Below, one piece after another: positions 18,646 to 27,790 of a DNA stretch of 64,000 bases. Source of the DNA: Pseudomonadota bacterium (GTDB taxonomy: Bacteria > Pseudomonadota > Alphaproteobacteria > Reyranellales > Reyranellaceae); NCBI GenBank assembly GCA_018242505.1, contig JAFEBU010000077.1, positions 1,953 to 65,952 on the forward strand, written 5' to 3'. Numbering within the stretch: position 1 is the first letter of the stretch; every line of letters begins with the position of its first letter. The notes under the pieces were generated by a model that ran no database searches, was not told the origin of the DNA, and saw nothing but the letters and a program-made list of their open reading frames with translations. A program made the translations under genes and the position numbers.

Positions 18646-18679
18646 TCTGCGGCGGCGTGCCGTCCCTCCTTGGAAGGCC

Positions 18680-19153
18680 CTATTCCTCCAGGTCGCCGGC
18701 CACGATCGGCTTCACGTCCTTGAGGTTCATCCGCCCGTCGTAGATCGGCCGCGCACCGGTTGTCGGTCCCGGATACTGGACGAACAGCACCGTACCGCCG
18801 GTCTCCGTGTACATTTCATATTCGAAATGCGGATCGGCCATGTAAGCGATGGTGCCGGGGCCATGGATCGAACCGTTGATCTTGAATTCGCCTTCGATGA
18901 TGTACCAGATCTGGGCAAAGTTGTGCTTGTGCAGCGGGAAACCCGCCGTCGGCTCGTAGCGCAGGAAGCCGGCGTTCGGTTCGTTGGGATCCTCGGGCCG
19001 GGGATGGAACAGGAACTTGGTCTTGTTCTTGAACCGCCCCATCTCCCATTCCATGTCGTCGGGATGCCTGAACTGAGGCGCATGATGGGTTCTCGTGACG
19101 AGCGGCTCCTTGTCCGTCTGGTCCTTGCCGGCCGGCTCCCTGATCGTGGACAT
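18680..19153 (-). CDS. Cupin domain protein (ChrR-like)
   Basis: FPLHKH..AQIWYIIEGEF and PHFEY cupin motifs. Confidence 0.82.
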   Translation of the reverse strand: MSTIREPAGKDQTDKEPLVTRTHHAPQFRHPDDMEWEMGRFKNKTKFLFHPRPEDPNEPNAGFLRYEPTAGFPLHKHNFAQIWYIIEGEFKINGSIHGPGTIAYMADPHFEYEMYTETGGTVLFVQYPGPTTGARPIYDGRMNLKDVKPIVAGDLEE

Positions 19154-19299
19154 GGGCTCTCCTGTGGCGGGCGGTGCAAGCTTTCCGAGCATCGCCCTTG
19201 TCCACGCCGTCACGCAAGCCCGATCAACTCGCGGTCAACGTGTTGCTCCAATGCGACAAAGGTCGCCATGCACACCGCAGCGACCGATGAACCGCTCAC

Positions 19300-20361
19300 T
19301 TACGCCGCGTACCGGCTCGCGCTCAGCGCAGACCACAAGGCCTGCGGACCGGCTTTGGCGTAGGCTGTCCCGATCTTCTCTCCCCAGAATGTCTCGCTGC
19401 CGAAATCGCGCCGCCATACCCAGAGCCGGCGCGTATAGTGATGCAGGATGTGCTCGTGCGTGAAGCCCATGGCGCCCATCGACTGATGGGCGATGGCGGC
19501 AATGCGTTGGGCGAAGTCCGATGCCTGGCTCTTGGCCGCAGCGATGGAGAAGCTTCCGCCATCGGCCAACCCGCCCTCGTCGGCATCGCGCGCCGCCGCC
19601 TCGGCCGAGGCGATGGTGGCGGCGACACAGCTCGCGAGTTCCGCCAGCATCTGCTGGATCGCCTGGAAGGTCGAGATCGGACGGCCGAACTGGGCTCGTT
19701 GCTTGCAGTATTCGACCACGGTGGCCAGCACCTTGTCGGCGGCACCGGCCATCTGCATCGCCCGCATGAGGGCTCCGAGTTCATAGGCGCGCTCGACGCC
19801 GACCGGCGACGCCCCCACGAATTCGCATGTCGCATTGTCGAAACTGACCGTGCCACAGGGCTCGCCTGCATGACTCGGCGTATTCGTGATCGTGGCATTG
19901 CCCGCCGCGACGACGACGACCTTCGGTCCATCGGGCGCCGTCGCGACCGTGACGAACCGCTGGACCACCGACGCAAAGGGCACACGAGCGACCGTGCCGC
20001 CCAGGCGATTGCCCGCGAGGGTCGTCGCACCAAGTGCCACCGTGCCGGGACCTGCCGCCGCGCTGCCGCCTGCCGCCGAGACCAGCAGATTCGCGAGCGC
20101 CGTCTCGGCAAGTGGCACCGGCACCGCATGGGCGCCGGCAAGGCGCAATATGGCCAGCATGTCGGCCAGAGTGCCACCGGCACCGCCCCTTTCCTCGGCG
20201 ACGGCGATCAGCGGCAGGCCCATCTCCTCGATTTCCATCCAGAAATCGGCAGGCCAGACGCCTTTCTCCACGCCGTTCACTACGTCACGGCCGCAGCGCT
20301 CGGTGAAGAAGCGATCGGCGGTCTCGAGCAGCATATCGCGCGTTTCACGATCCATGGTCAT
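19300..20361 (-). CDS. Acyl-CoA dehydrogenase family protein (short partner subunit type)
   Basis: RAQFGRPISTFQAIQQMLAE and HQSMGAMGFT motifs. Confidence 0.9.
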   Translation of the reverse strand: MTMDRETRDMLLETADRFFTERCGRDVVNGVEKGVWPADFWMEIEEMGLPLIAVAEERGGAGGTLADMLAILRLAGAHAVPVPLAETALANLLVSAAGGSAAAGPGTVALGATTLAGNRLGGTVARVPFASVVQRFVTVATAPDGPKVVVVAAGNATITNTPSHAGEPCGTVSFDNATCEFVGASPVGVERAYELGALMRAMQMAGAADKVLATVVEYCKQRAQFGRPISTFQAIQQMLAELASCVAATIASAEAAARDADEGGLADGGSFSIAAAKSQASDFAQRIAAIAHQSMGAMGFTHEHILHHYTRRLWVWRRDFGSETFWGEKIGTAYAKAGPQALWSALSASRYAA

Positions 20362-20368
20362 CTCCTCC

Positions 20369-21526
20369 TCACCGCAGTCCAAGCCCGCGCGCGACGATGC
20401 CGCGCAGGACCTGGGTCGTGCCGCCCTGGATGGTATAGGAGGGCGCCATCATGGTGGCGTACTGGGCGATATCGAGAAAATCGGCCAGGTCGTCCTCGGT
20501 CGTCGCATCCGATTCAGCCAGCACGCGGGCGATCTCGGGCAGATCCTGCTGATAGATCGTGCCGAGATCTTTCACCAGCGACGCTTCGATCGCAGGCGAC
20601 TTGCCGCCCTGCATCATGCCGGCAACCGCGACCGACATCTGCCTCAAGGTCCAGAGCCGCGCGATCAGCCGGCCGAGAACGGAGGCGGCCCGCTTGGCGG
20701 GTTGGCGGCCCAGCACACGCACGAGTTCCCGCAGCACGTAGAAATTCTGCAGGAAACGTTCGGGGCCGGAGCGCTCGAAGGCAAGTTCGCTCGTCACCTG
20801 CAGCCAGCCGTCACCTTCGTTGCCGATCAGGCAGCTCTCGGGAATGAAGGCGTCGCTGAAGGTCACCTCGTTCCAGTCATGCCGGCCGGCAAGGTTGATG
20901 ATCGGCCGGATGGTGACTCCCGGCGTCTTGAGATCGACCAGGATCTGGCTCAGCCCCTTGTGACGGTCGCCGTGCTGGCCCGACGTGCGCACCAGCGCGA
21001 TGCAGTAGTGGTTGCGATGGGCGCCCGACGTCCAGACCTTGGTGCCGTTGACCCGGAAGCCGCCGGGTACCGGCTCGGCACGCGTACGCACGGAGGCAAG
21101 GTCGGAACCCGAATCGGGCTCGCTCATGCCGATGCTGAAATAGCATTCGCCCTTGGTGATACGCGGCAAGACAGCCTGGCGCTGCTCTTCGCTGCCGAAG
21201 CGCAGCAGGAGTGGACCTGATTGGCGATCGGCGACCCAGTGGGAGCCGGCCGGCGCGCTGTTGCCCAAGAGCTCCTCGGTGACGACGTAGCGGTCGAGGA
21301 AGCTCCTTTCCGAACCACCGTACCGCTTGGGCCAGGTAATGCCGATCCAGCCCCGCTTGCCGAGTGCGCGGCTGAAGTCCGGCGACGGGGTATTCCAGCT
21401 CGCGAACCGGTCCTCCGTCTTGATGCCGGGCAATGTTGCCTTGAGGAAACCGCGCACTTCCTCGCGCAGCGCCTCGGCCTCGGGCGGCAAATGGAAGGGC
21501 GGGAATTCGAGCTTGGGGATGGACAT
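20369..21526 (-). CDS. Acyl-CoA dehydrogenase family protein
   Basis: FSIGMSEPDSGSDLAS, NGTKVWTS, FERSG and TIQGGTTQVLR motifs. Confidence 0.92.
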   Translation of the reverse strand: MSIPKLEFPPFHLPPEAEALREEVRGFLKATLPGIKTEDRFASWNTPSPDFSRALGKRGWIGITWPKRYGGSERSFLDRYVVTEELLGNSAPAGSHWVADRQSGPLLLRFGSEEQRQAVLPRITKGECYFSIGMSEPDSGSDLASVRTRAEPVPGGFRVNGTKVWTSGAHRNHYCIALVRTSGQHGDRHKGLSQILVDLKTPGVTIRPIINLAGRHDWNEVTFSDAFIPESCLIGNEGDGWLQVTSELAFERSGPERFLQNFYVLRELVRVLGRQPAKRAASVLGRLIARLWTLRQMSVAVAGMMQGGKSPAIEASLVKDLGTIYQQDLPEIARVLAESDATTEDDLADFLDIAQYATMMAPSYTIQGGTTQVLRGIVARGLGLR

Positions 21527-21603
21527 CGTCGTTCTCGACAGTTGGATGGCCCTTCTCTGTCGGCTAATCCTAGACCGCGCAACCATGGAGTTTCGAAGAT
21601 CGA

Positions 21604-22080
21604 ATGCCGCGCCGAACGCCCCGCCTGCCGCCGCTCCTGGCGGAATTCGACGACGAGGAGCGCGAGGCCGTTCTGGCCGCCAACCGCGCCTTCTATCGTG
21701 CCTTCAGCGACCGTGACTACGAGGCGATGGACCACCTCTGGGCACCGACCGGTTCGATGGTCTGCCTGCATCCAGGGCAAGCGCCGTTGCTCGACCGCAG
21801 CGAGATCATGGCAAGCTGGCGCGCCATCCTGCGTCATCCCGGAGCACCGCGCGTGCGCTGCACGGACGAATGGGTGCTGGGCCGCAGCGGCCTCGCCCTG
21901 GTCGTCTGCCGCGAGATCCTGAGCAACGGCCAACTCATGGCGACCAATACCTTCGTCCGCCTGAGCGACGGCTGGCATATCCTCGGCCATCATTCCGGGC
22001 CGGTGCCGACCGTCGAGCAAACCCGGGCAAACGCTGCATCGGCGACACCGCCGATGCGCGATCGGCGCAAGCTCCACTGA
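21604..22080 (+). CDS. SnoaL/NTF2-like family protein
   Basis: VLAANRAFYRAF..RD..AM..LW, CLHPG, ATNTF and WHILGHHS motifs. Confidence 0.82.
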   Translation: MPRRTPRLPPLLAEFDDEEREAVLAANRAFYRAFSDRDYEAMDHLWAPTGSMVCLHPGQAPLLDRSEIMASWRAILRHPGAPRVRCTDEWVLGRSGLALVVCREILSNGQLMATNTFVRLSDGWHILGHHSGPVPTVEQTRANAASATPPMRDRRKLH

Positions 22081-22086
22081 CGATCG

Positions 22087-23088
22087 CTAGCGCAGGCTCC
22101 CCAACGGGCCGTCCTTGGCCAGAAGCGGCTTCAGGGTGGCGTAGGGTATGTCGACGGTGAACGGGCCGGCCGCATAGGGACCGACGACATAGGCATCGAA
22201 GATCAGTTCCAACTTGTCGCGGCGGTAATAATAGTGATCGGACTCGCGCAGGAGCTTCGCGAGCTTGCCGGGCTCGATCGCATCGTCGAAGCCAGGCTTG
22301 CCGTCGCTGAACTGCTTCTTGAGGTTGGCATGCACCAGCGGCACGAGCGTCTTGAGCCAGGCGTCGCCCTTGGCAAAGACGGCGCTGGGGGGCACGGCCT
22401 GCCCGTTGCGCAAATCGACCAGATAGGCGGTGGTCCCGCTCATGCCATGGGCGCCGCCGGTGTAGCCGTAGAACTTGATCGCCACGGCGACGGCATCGGC
22501 GGAAGGCCGCTGCACGGTAAAGTTCTGATCGTACGTCCAGGTCTGGTCGAATGGCGCATCCCTGCCCGACTCGCGGTCGGGAATCGCCTCGTCGCCCGCC
22601 TTGCGCGACAAATCGGCGAAGTGGCGGTTCAAAAGCGAGAAGTCCGCCGTCGTCCCGTCGAACTGCGGCCAGGTCGCATCGATGCTGTAGCCGACCTTGC
22701 CGACCTTGCCCTCCTTGAACAGCGTCTGCTCACTGACGAAGGGATAGGAGTCGTGCCCGAAGGTCCCGAGATTTTCCAGGCGCGCCTCGTAACGTTGCCT
22801 GAGGCAACGCGCGATTTCCTCGGCGCCGCCAGTGCAGGCCTTGTTGCGCGACGCGATCCAGCGCGCCTGGTCCTTCACCAGATGATCCTTGGCCGCACCG
22901 GTCAGCCTGCCGACAAGGGCGGTGTAGGCTGCCCCCATTGCCCGATCGGCCTTGGCGAGTTCGGGCCGCGCGCAGATCGCTTTCTCGATGGCTGTCGACG
23001 CCTTGGAGCAGTCGAAACTCGGCCCTGTCTGGGCCCAGGCCGGCGCGGCCATGGACGATGCAAGCAGCACAAGGATCGCAATCCTCAT
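22087..23088 (-). CDS. Secreted LprI-like plus DUF3298/PdaC-like protein
   Basis: Signal peptide, PSFDC.KA...EKAIC (LprI-like); YTGGAHG and YVVGPYAAG (DUF3298-like). Confidence 0.75.
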   Translation of the reverse strand: MRIAILVLLASSMAAPAWAQTGPSFDCSKASTAIEKAICARPELAKADRAMGAAYTALVGRLTGAAKDHLVKDQARWIASRNKACTGGAEEIARCLRQRYEARLENLGTFGHDSYPFVSEQTLFKEGKVGKVGYSIDATWPQFDGTTADFSLLNRHFADLSRKAGDEAIPDRESGRDAPFDQTWTYDQNFTVQRPSADAVAVAIKFYGYTGGAHGMSGTTAYLVDLRNGQAVPPSAVFAKGDAWLKTLVPLVHANLKKQFSDGKPGFDDAIEPGKLAKLLRESDHYYYRRDKLELIFDAYVVGPYAAGPFTVDIPYATLKPLLAKDGPLGSLR

Positions 23089-24236
23089 TTTTTCCTCCAG
23101 ACACTGAGGCGGCGCACCGCTTCTTCCATTTCCAACGGCGAGCCGGCAAAGGAGATGCGCAAGGTCCCGGCTCCCCGCGCACGGTCGAAATCGACGCCCG
23201 GCGTCGTCGCCACGCCCGCTTCCTGGAGCATGCGCTTGCAGAAGTCACGGCTGTCGTTGGTGAGGTGCGAGACGTCGGCATAGAGATAAAATGCACCCTG
23301 TGCCGGCGTCAGCCGATCGAAGCCTGCCGCCGGCAACCCCGCGATCAGGAGATCGCGATTGGCGCGATAGCGGCGCACATGACCGTCCAGTTCCTCGCCA
23401 CATTCGAGAGCTGCAAGCGCAACGTGCTGGCTGAGCGTCGGCACGGAGATGAAGAAGTTCTGCGACAGCCGCTCGATCGGCCGGACCAGTTCCGGCGGCA
23501 CGACCAGCCAGCCAACGCGCCAGCCGGTCATCGAGAAATACTTGGAGAAGCTGTTCACCACGATCGCCTGCTCTGAAACCTCGACCGCCGAGGCCGTTTC
23601 GCCCTCGTAGACGATGCCGTGATAGATCTCGTCGGAGATCAGGCGCACGTCATGCGCCTCGCACCATCGCGCCAGTTGCGCCAGTTCGGCGCGTGTCACC
23701 ATCGTACCGGTGGGATTGGACGGGCTCGCGACGATCAGGCCGGCGATCGGCCCCGCCTTCTCCAGCGCCGCGACGGTCGGCTGGAACCGATCGGCGGCGG
23801 AGGTCGGCAGGTCGACCGCCTCGAGGTTGAGCGCTGCGAGGATGTTGCGATAGGCCGGATAGCCAGGCGCGGCCAGGGCCACGCGATCGCCAGCGTCGAA
23901 GCTTGCCAGGAACGCCAGCGGAAAGCCGCCCGACGAGCCGGTCGTGACGATCACCCGCTCCGGCGACACCTCACAGCCATAGGCGTCGCGATAATGGCGC
24001 GCAATGCGCTCGCGCAACGCCGGCAAACCCAGCGCCGCGACATAACCGATCCGGTCGCGATCAAGTACGGCGTGCGCCGCAACGAGGGCGCCTTTCGGCG
24101 CCGGTGTGCTGGGCTGGCCGACTTCGAGATGGATAACGGTGTCGCCTGCCGCCTCCTTCTCCGCGGCTGCGGCCATGACATCCATAACGATGAACGGATC
24201 GACAGCGCCTGAACGGCGCGATGCTGGACGGGACAT
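23085..24236 (-). CDS. PLP-dependent aminotransferase class I/II
   Basis: LEVGQP, SPSNPTG, SDEIYH and SFSKYFSMTGWRVGW motifs. Confidence 0.93.
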   Translation of the reverse strand: MSRPASRRSGAVDPFIVMDVMAAAAEKEAAGDTVIHLEVGQPSTPAPKGALVAAHAVLDRDRIGYVAALGLPALRERIARHYRDAYGCEVSPERVIVTTGSSGGFPLAFLASFDAGDRVALAAPGYPAYRNILAALNLEAVDLPTSAADRFQPTVAALEKAGPIAGLIVASPSNPTGTMVTRAELAQLARWCEAHDVRLISDEIYHGIVYEGETASAVEVSEQAIVVNSFSKYFSMTGWRVGWLVVPPELVRPIERLSQNFFISVPTLSQHVALAALECGEELDGHVRRYRANRDLLIAGLPAAGFDRLTPAQGAFYLYADVSHLTNDSRDFCKRMLQEAGVATTPGVDFDRARGAGTLRISFAGSPLEMEEAVRRLSVWRKK

Positions 24237-24244
24237 CGGAAGGT

Positions 24245-25558
24245 TCAGCGCACAGTCGCCAGAAGAGCCGCCCCCAGCCCTGCCGGATCCAATCCTGTCT
24301 GGCAGGTCCCGCCGCCGCTGCGAATACCATAAGGGCAGGCGATCGCGTTCACATAGCCGCCACGGCCACCATTGCGGGTCAGCACCGTCTGGACGGGAAG
24401 CCTCTCGTCGACAGTGGCGCGGGCGACCGCCCCTGTCGCATAGCTTGCCGTCGACGCCCCGCCGCCCGCACCGGCGAAACGGACCTCGCCATTGTTGGGA
24501 TTGCCGATGACGACGGGGCTCACCGCGGTACTGTCAGCCGTCGGCGCCCCCAGCAGCATGCCGGTTCCAGGCACCATCAGGCGTGCGCCGAAGAGCTGGC
24601 CCATGGACAGGCTGCAGGCGGCGGCGTTGCCCTTTTCGTCGATCGCCGCGAAGCCGGAGAAGCCGCCGGAATCGGTCGGTGTCGTCATCGACGGTGCGGC
24701 CTGACCGTTCCAGCCAGCCAGTGCGCTCGCGCCCGCCATCGGCGGCGGCGCGACATAGACGCGGTAGCCGCCATCGCTTTCGGACACTGGCGGTCCGGAC
24801 CGGGGCACGGCATTGCGCAGCGCCTCGACGGGAAGGCTGCCGCCGAGCTGAGCGACCTGATCGGACAGGCGGCGCGCGAAGTTGCCCTGGAAGAAATCCA
24901 CGCCACCGCCACGGCGAACCGCACCAAGCGTCGCGGCAAGATCGGTTTGGACGAGGGTGTCGCCTTGCCGGAGCATGGTGCCGTTTCGACTGAAAACGCG
25001 ACGCGCCTCATCGTTCAGCGAAGCGCCGGCGGCCGAGAGATCGCGCGCCAATGCTCCCGACACCGTCATGCCGAAACTCGCGAGCTTCTCGGCCGGGGCG
25101 ATATCGAACTCCCAGCGCGCCTGACCGTGCCGGATCTGCATCAGGGCAAGCGCACGCACGGCCGCGGGAACGGTGAAGGACGTGCCTTTGATGGGGCCAG
25201 GCGCGGCGGTCGGCGCGAAAACAAAGGCCTCCGCCGCCCGCGTCTTCGCGTCGTGCACGACACAGGCGCCCGACGCACCGAGACCCGCGGCCGAGGGCAG
25301 CGTCACGGTCATGACGAAATACATGGCGACTGCGGCATCCGTGGCGTTGCCTCCGCTTTGCAGGACGGACCGGCCGGCTTCCGCCGCCTGCCCTTCGTCC
25401 GCCGAGACCGCCGAGAACTTTTCGGTACCACCGAAGATGTCGTTGTAACCCGCCTTGATGGGGGACGCTCCCGAAGGATTGATTGCGTTGCGCGGATCCG
25501 TCTCATTTCCGCCACAAGCCGACAGCAAAAGCAGCGCCCACAATGCCAGGCTGCGCAA
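24245..25558 (-). CDS. Gamma-glutamyltransferase-fold lipoprotein, shortened; start uncertain
   Basis: Lipobox LLLSAC; GGNATDAAVA..F, SAAGLGASG, IAPAEKLA..G and IDEKGNA motifs. Confidence 0.8.
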   Translation of the reverse strand: MRSLALWALLLLSACGGNETDPRNAINPSGASPIKAGYNDIFGGTEKFSAVSADEGQAAEAGRSVLQSGGNATDAAVAMYFVMTVTLPSAAGLGASGACVVHDAKTRAAEAFVFAPTAAPGPIKGTSFTVPAAVRALALMQIRHGQARWEFDIAPAEKLASFGMTVSGALARDLSAAGASLNDEARRVFSRNGTMLRQGDTLVQTDLAATLGAVRRGGGVDFFQGNFARRLSDQVAQLGGSLPVEALRNAVPRSGPPVSESDGGYRVYVAPPPMAGASALAGWNGQAAPSMTTPTDSGGFSGFAAIDEKGNAAACSLSMGQLFGARLMVPGTGMLLGAPTADSTAVSPVVIGNPNNGEVRFAGAGGGASTASYATGAVARATVDERLPVQTVLTRNGGRGGYVNAIACPYGIRSGGGTCQTGLDPAGLGAALLATVR

Positions 25559-25598
25559 TTGACGATTTGATCCCGTGTTCCTAGCCTGCGCGCAACGC

Positions 25599-26978
25599 GT
25601 GCCACCCGTGCTTAGACGCATCTTCACCCTCTTCTCTCTCGCGCTGTTCGCGCTCGCGCCGCTTCGTGCCGCGAGCGCGCAGCAAGGTCAACGTCTCAAT
25701 CTCGTACGTGACGCCGAGATCGAGAACACCATCCGCACGTTCCTGACGCCGATCTGGCGGGTCGCCGGCCTCGACCCGGAAGCGGTGCAGATCATGATCG
25801 TCCAGGATAACAGCCTCAACGCCTTCGTCGCCGGTGGGCAGAGGATTTTCATCAACACCGGCCTCCTGATGCGCACCGAGACGCCCAATCAATTGATCGG
25901 AGTGCTGGCCCACGAGACCGGTCATATCGCGGGCGGCCATCTGGCGCGCCAACAGGAAGAGTTGAGCAAGCTTAGCACGATCCAGATCCTGGAAATGCTG
26001 CTCGGTGGCGCGGCGATGGCCGGCAGTGCGGCTGCCGGCGGCGGCATGGGCCGCGGCGGCCCGACCGGACCGGGCGGTCCGCCCATTCCGGGGTCGCTCT
26101 ACTCCATGCTGCAGTATTCCCAGACGCAGGAAGCGGCAGCCGACCAGGCCGCCATCACTTATCTGGAGCGTACCCATCAGTCGCCCAAGGGCGCGGTGCA
26201 ATTCCTGCGCATCCTGGAACATCAGGAGCGGCTGCAGATCGGACGGCGCGACGCCTATCTGACCGACCATCCGCTCACGCCCGACCGCATCGACACTTTC
26301 GAGCGGGCGGCCGCGCGCTCTCCCTATGCCAACGTGCCCGACTCGCCGCAGTTCGTCGAGATGCATGCGCGGATGGTGGCGAAGCTTTTCGGCTTCACGG
26401 CGCCGAATGCCGCCCTGAGCCGCTACCGCGAAGGCGATCGGTCGGTACCGGCGCGCTACGCCCGGGCGATCGCGCTCTATCGCACCGGAGCACTGGGCTC
26501 GGCGTTGCTCACCATCGACGGATTGCTGAAGGAACATCCCAACGACCCCTACTTCAACGAACTCAAGGGGCAAATGCTGTACGAGAACGGTCACGTCTCC
26601 GAAGCGGTGCCGGCCTACCGAAGGGCTGTCCAACTCCTGCCGAGCGCGGGCATCCTGAAGGTCGAGTTCGCCGCGGCCCTGCTGGAGACCAACAATCTTA
26701 CAAACGACCAGGAAGCGGTCCGCAACCTCGAGATCGCACGGCAAAGCGAAGGCGATTCGTTCGAGCTCTGGCGGCTGATGTCGATCGGCTATGCACGGCT
26801 GAACAATCGTGGCATGACCTCTCTGGCCCGGGCCGAAATGGCCGTCCTGCGCGGACAACGGGCCGAGGCGCAGGCGATGGCCGACAGTGCCTCCCGCGAA
26901 CTGAAACCGGGCACGCCTGCCTGGCAACGTGCCCAGGACATCAAGGCCTATATCGATTCGCGACCGCGCAGGCGCTGA
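25599..26978 (+). CDS. M48 family metalloprotease with TPR (BepA/YfgC-like); start uncertain
   Basis: LNAFVAGG, HETGH (HEXXH), QEAAAD and LTDHP motifs; TPR C-terminus. Confidence 0.9.
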   Translation: MPPVLRRIFTLFSLALFALAPLRAASAQQGQRLNLVRDAEIENTIRTFLTPIWRVAGLDPEAVQIMIVQDNSLNAFVAGGQRIFINTGLLMRTETPNQLIGVLAHETGHIAGGHLARQQEELSKLSTIQILEMLLGGAAMAGSAAAGGGMGRGGPTGPGGPPIPGSLYSMLQYSQTQEAAADQAAITYLERTHQSPKGAVQFLRILEHQERLQIGRRDAYLTDHPLTPDRIDTFERAAARSPYANVPDSPQFVEMHARMVAKLFGFTAPNAALSRYREGDRSVPARYARAIALYRTGALGSALLTIDGLLKEHPNDPYFNELKGQMLYENGHVSEAVPAYRRAVQLLPSAGILKVEFAAALLETNNLTNDQEAVRNLEIARQSEGDSFELWRLMSIGYARLNNRGMTSLARAEMAVLRGQRAEAQAMADSASRELKPGTPAWQRAQDIKAYIDSRPRRR

Positions 26979-27016
26979 CAGGCGTCGATCCAATTCCTCC
27001 CTACAGGAGCACCGAA

Positions 27017-27790
27017 ATGCGCCTTCCTCTTCTTCTTGTATGCGGCATCCTGATCGCTGCCGGCGGGTTCGTCGCCGCCCGAGCGACAGCGCCTGACTTT
27101 CCCAACGCCTCACAGCCCGTTTCGACCGGCAGCACCGTCGACGAAGGCGCCATGGGCAGGATCATCCACGATTATCTGGTGAATCATCCCGAGGTTCTCG
27201 TCGAGTCCATGAACGCCCTGGAGCGCAAACAGAACCAGGAACGCGACGCGACGGCCCTGAAGGCCATCCAGCAGCATGCCAAGGAGTTGACCAACGATCC
27301 GGACAGCCCGGTCTCCGGCAACCCCAACGGCGACGTCACCATTGTCGAGTTCAGCGACTATCAGTGCCCCTACTGCAAGCGCGCCTTCCCGGCCGTCAAG
27401 TCGGTCGTCGCCGCCGACGGCAAGGTGAGGCTGGTCCACAAGGATCTGCCGATCCTGGGCGAGGCCTCGCACATCGCCGCCCTGGCGGCCCTCGCTGCCC
27501 GCAACCAGAACAAGCATGACGCCCTCCACGACGCCCTGATGTCCTTCAACGGCAAGCTCGACCGCGACCGGATCCTCCAGATCGCCTCTTCGGTCGGCAT
27601 CGACGTCGACCGCCTGCAGCAGGACATGAAGGACCCGAAGCTGGAAGCCATCCTCCAGCGCAACGAGGCCCTTGCCAGGGAGCTCGACGTGCGCGGAACC
27701 CCCGCCTTCGTAGTCGGTCGCCAGTTCATCCCCGGTGCCGTCGATGCCAGCACGCTGAAGCAATTGATCGCCGCAGCCCGCAAGGGTTAG
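27017..27790 (+). CDS. DsbA family thiol-disulfide oxidoreductase
   Basis: EFSDYQCPYCK and GTPAF motifs. Confidence 0.92.
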   Translation: MRLPLLLVCGILIAAGGFVAARATAPDFPNASQPVSTGSTVDEGAMGRIIHDYLVNHPEVLVESMNALERKQNQERDATALKAIQQHAKELTNDPDSPVSGNPNGDVTIVEFSDYQCPYCKRAFPAVKSVVAADGKVRLVHKDLPILGEASHIAALAALAARNQNKHDALHDALMSFNGKLDRDRILQIASSVGIDVDRLQQDMKDPKLEAILQRNEALARELDVRGTPAFVVGRQFIPGAVDASTLKQLIAAARKG

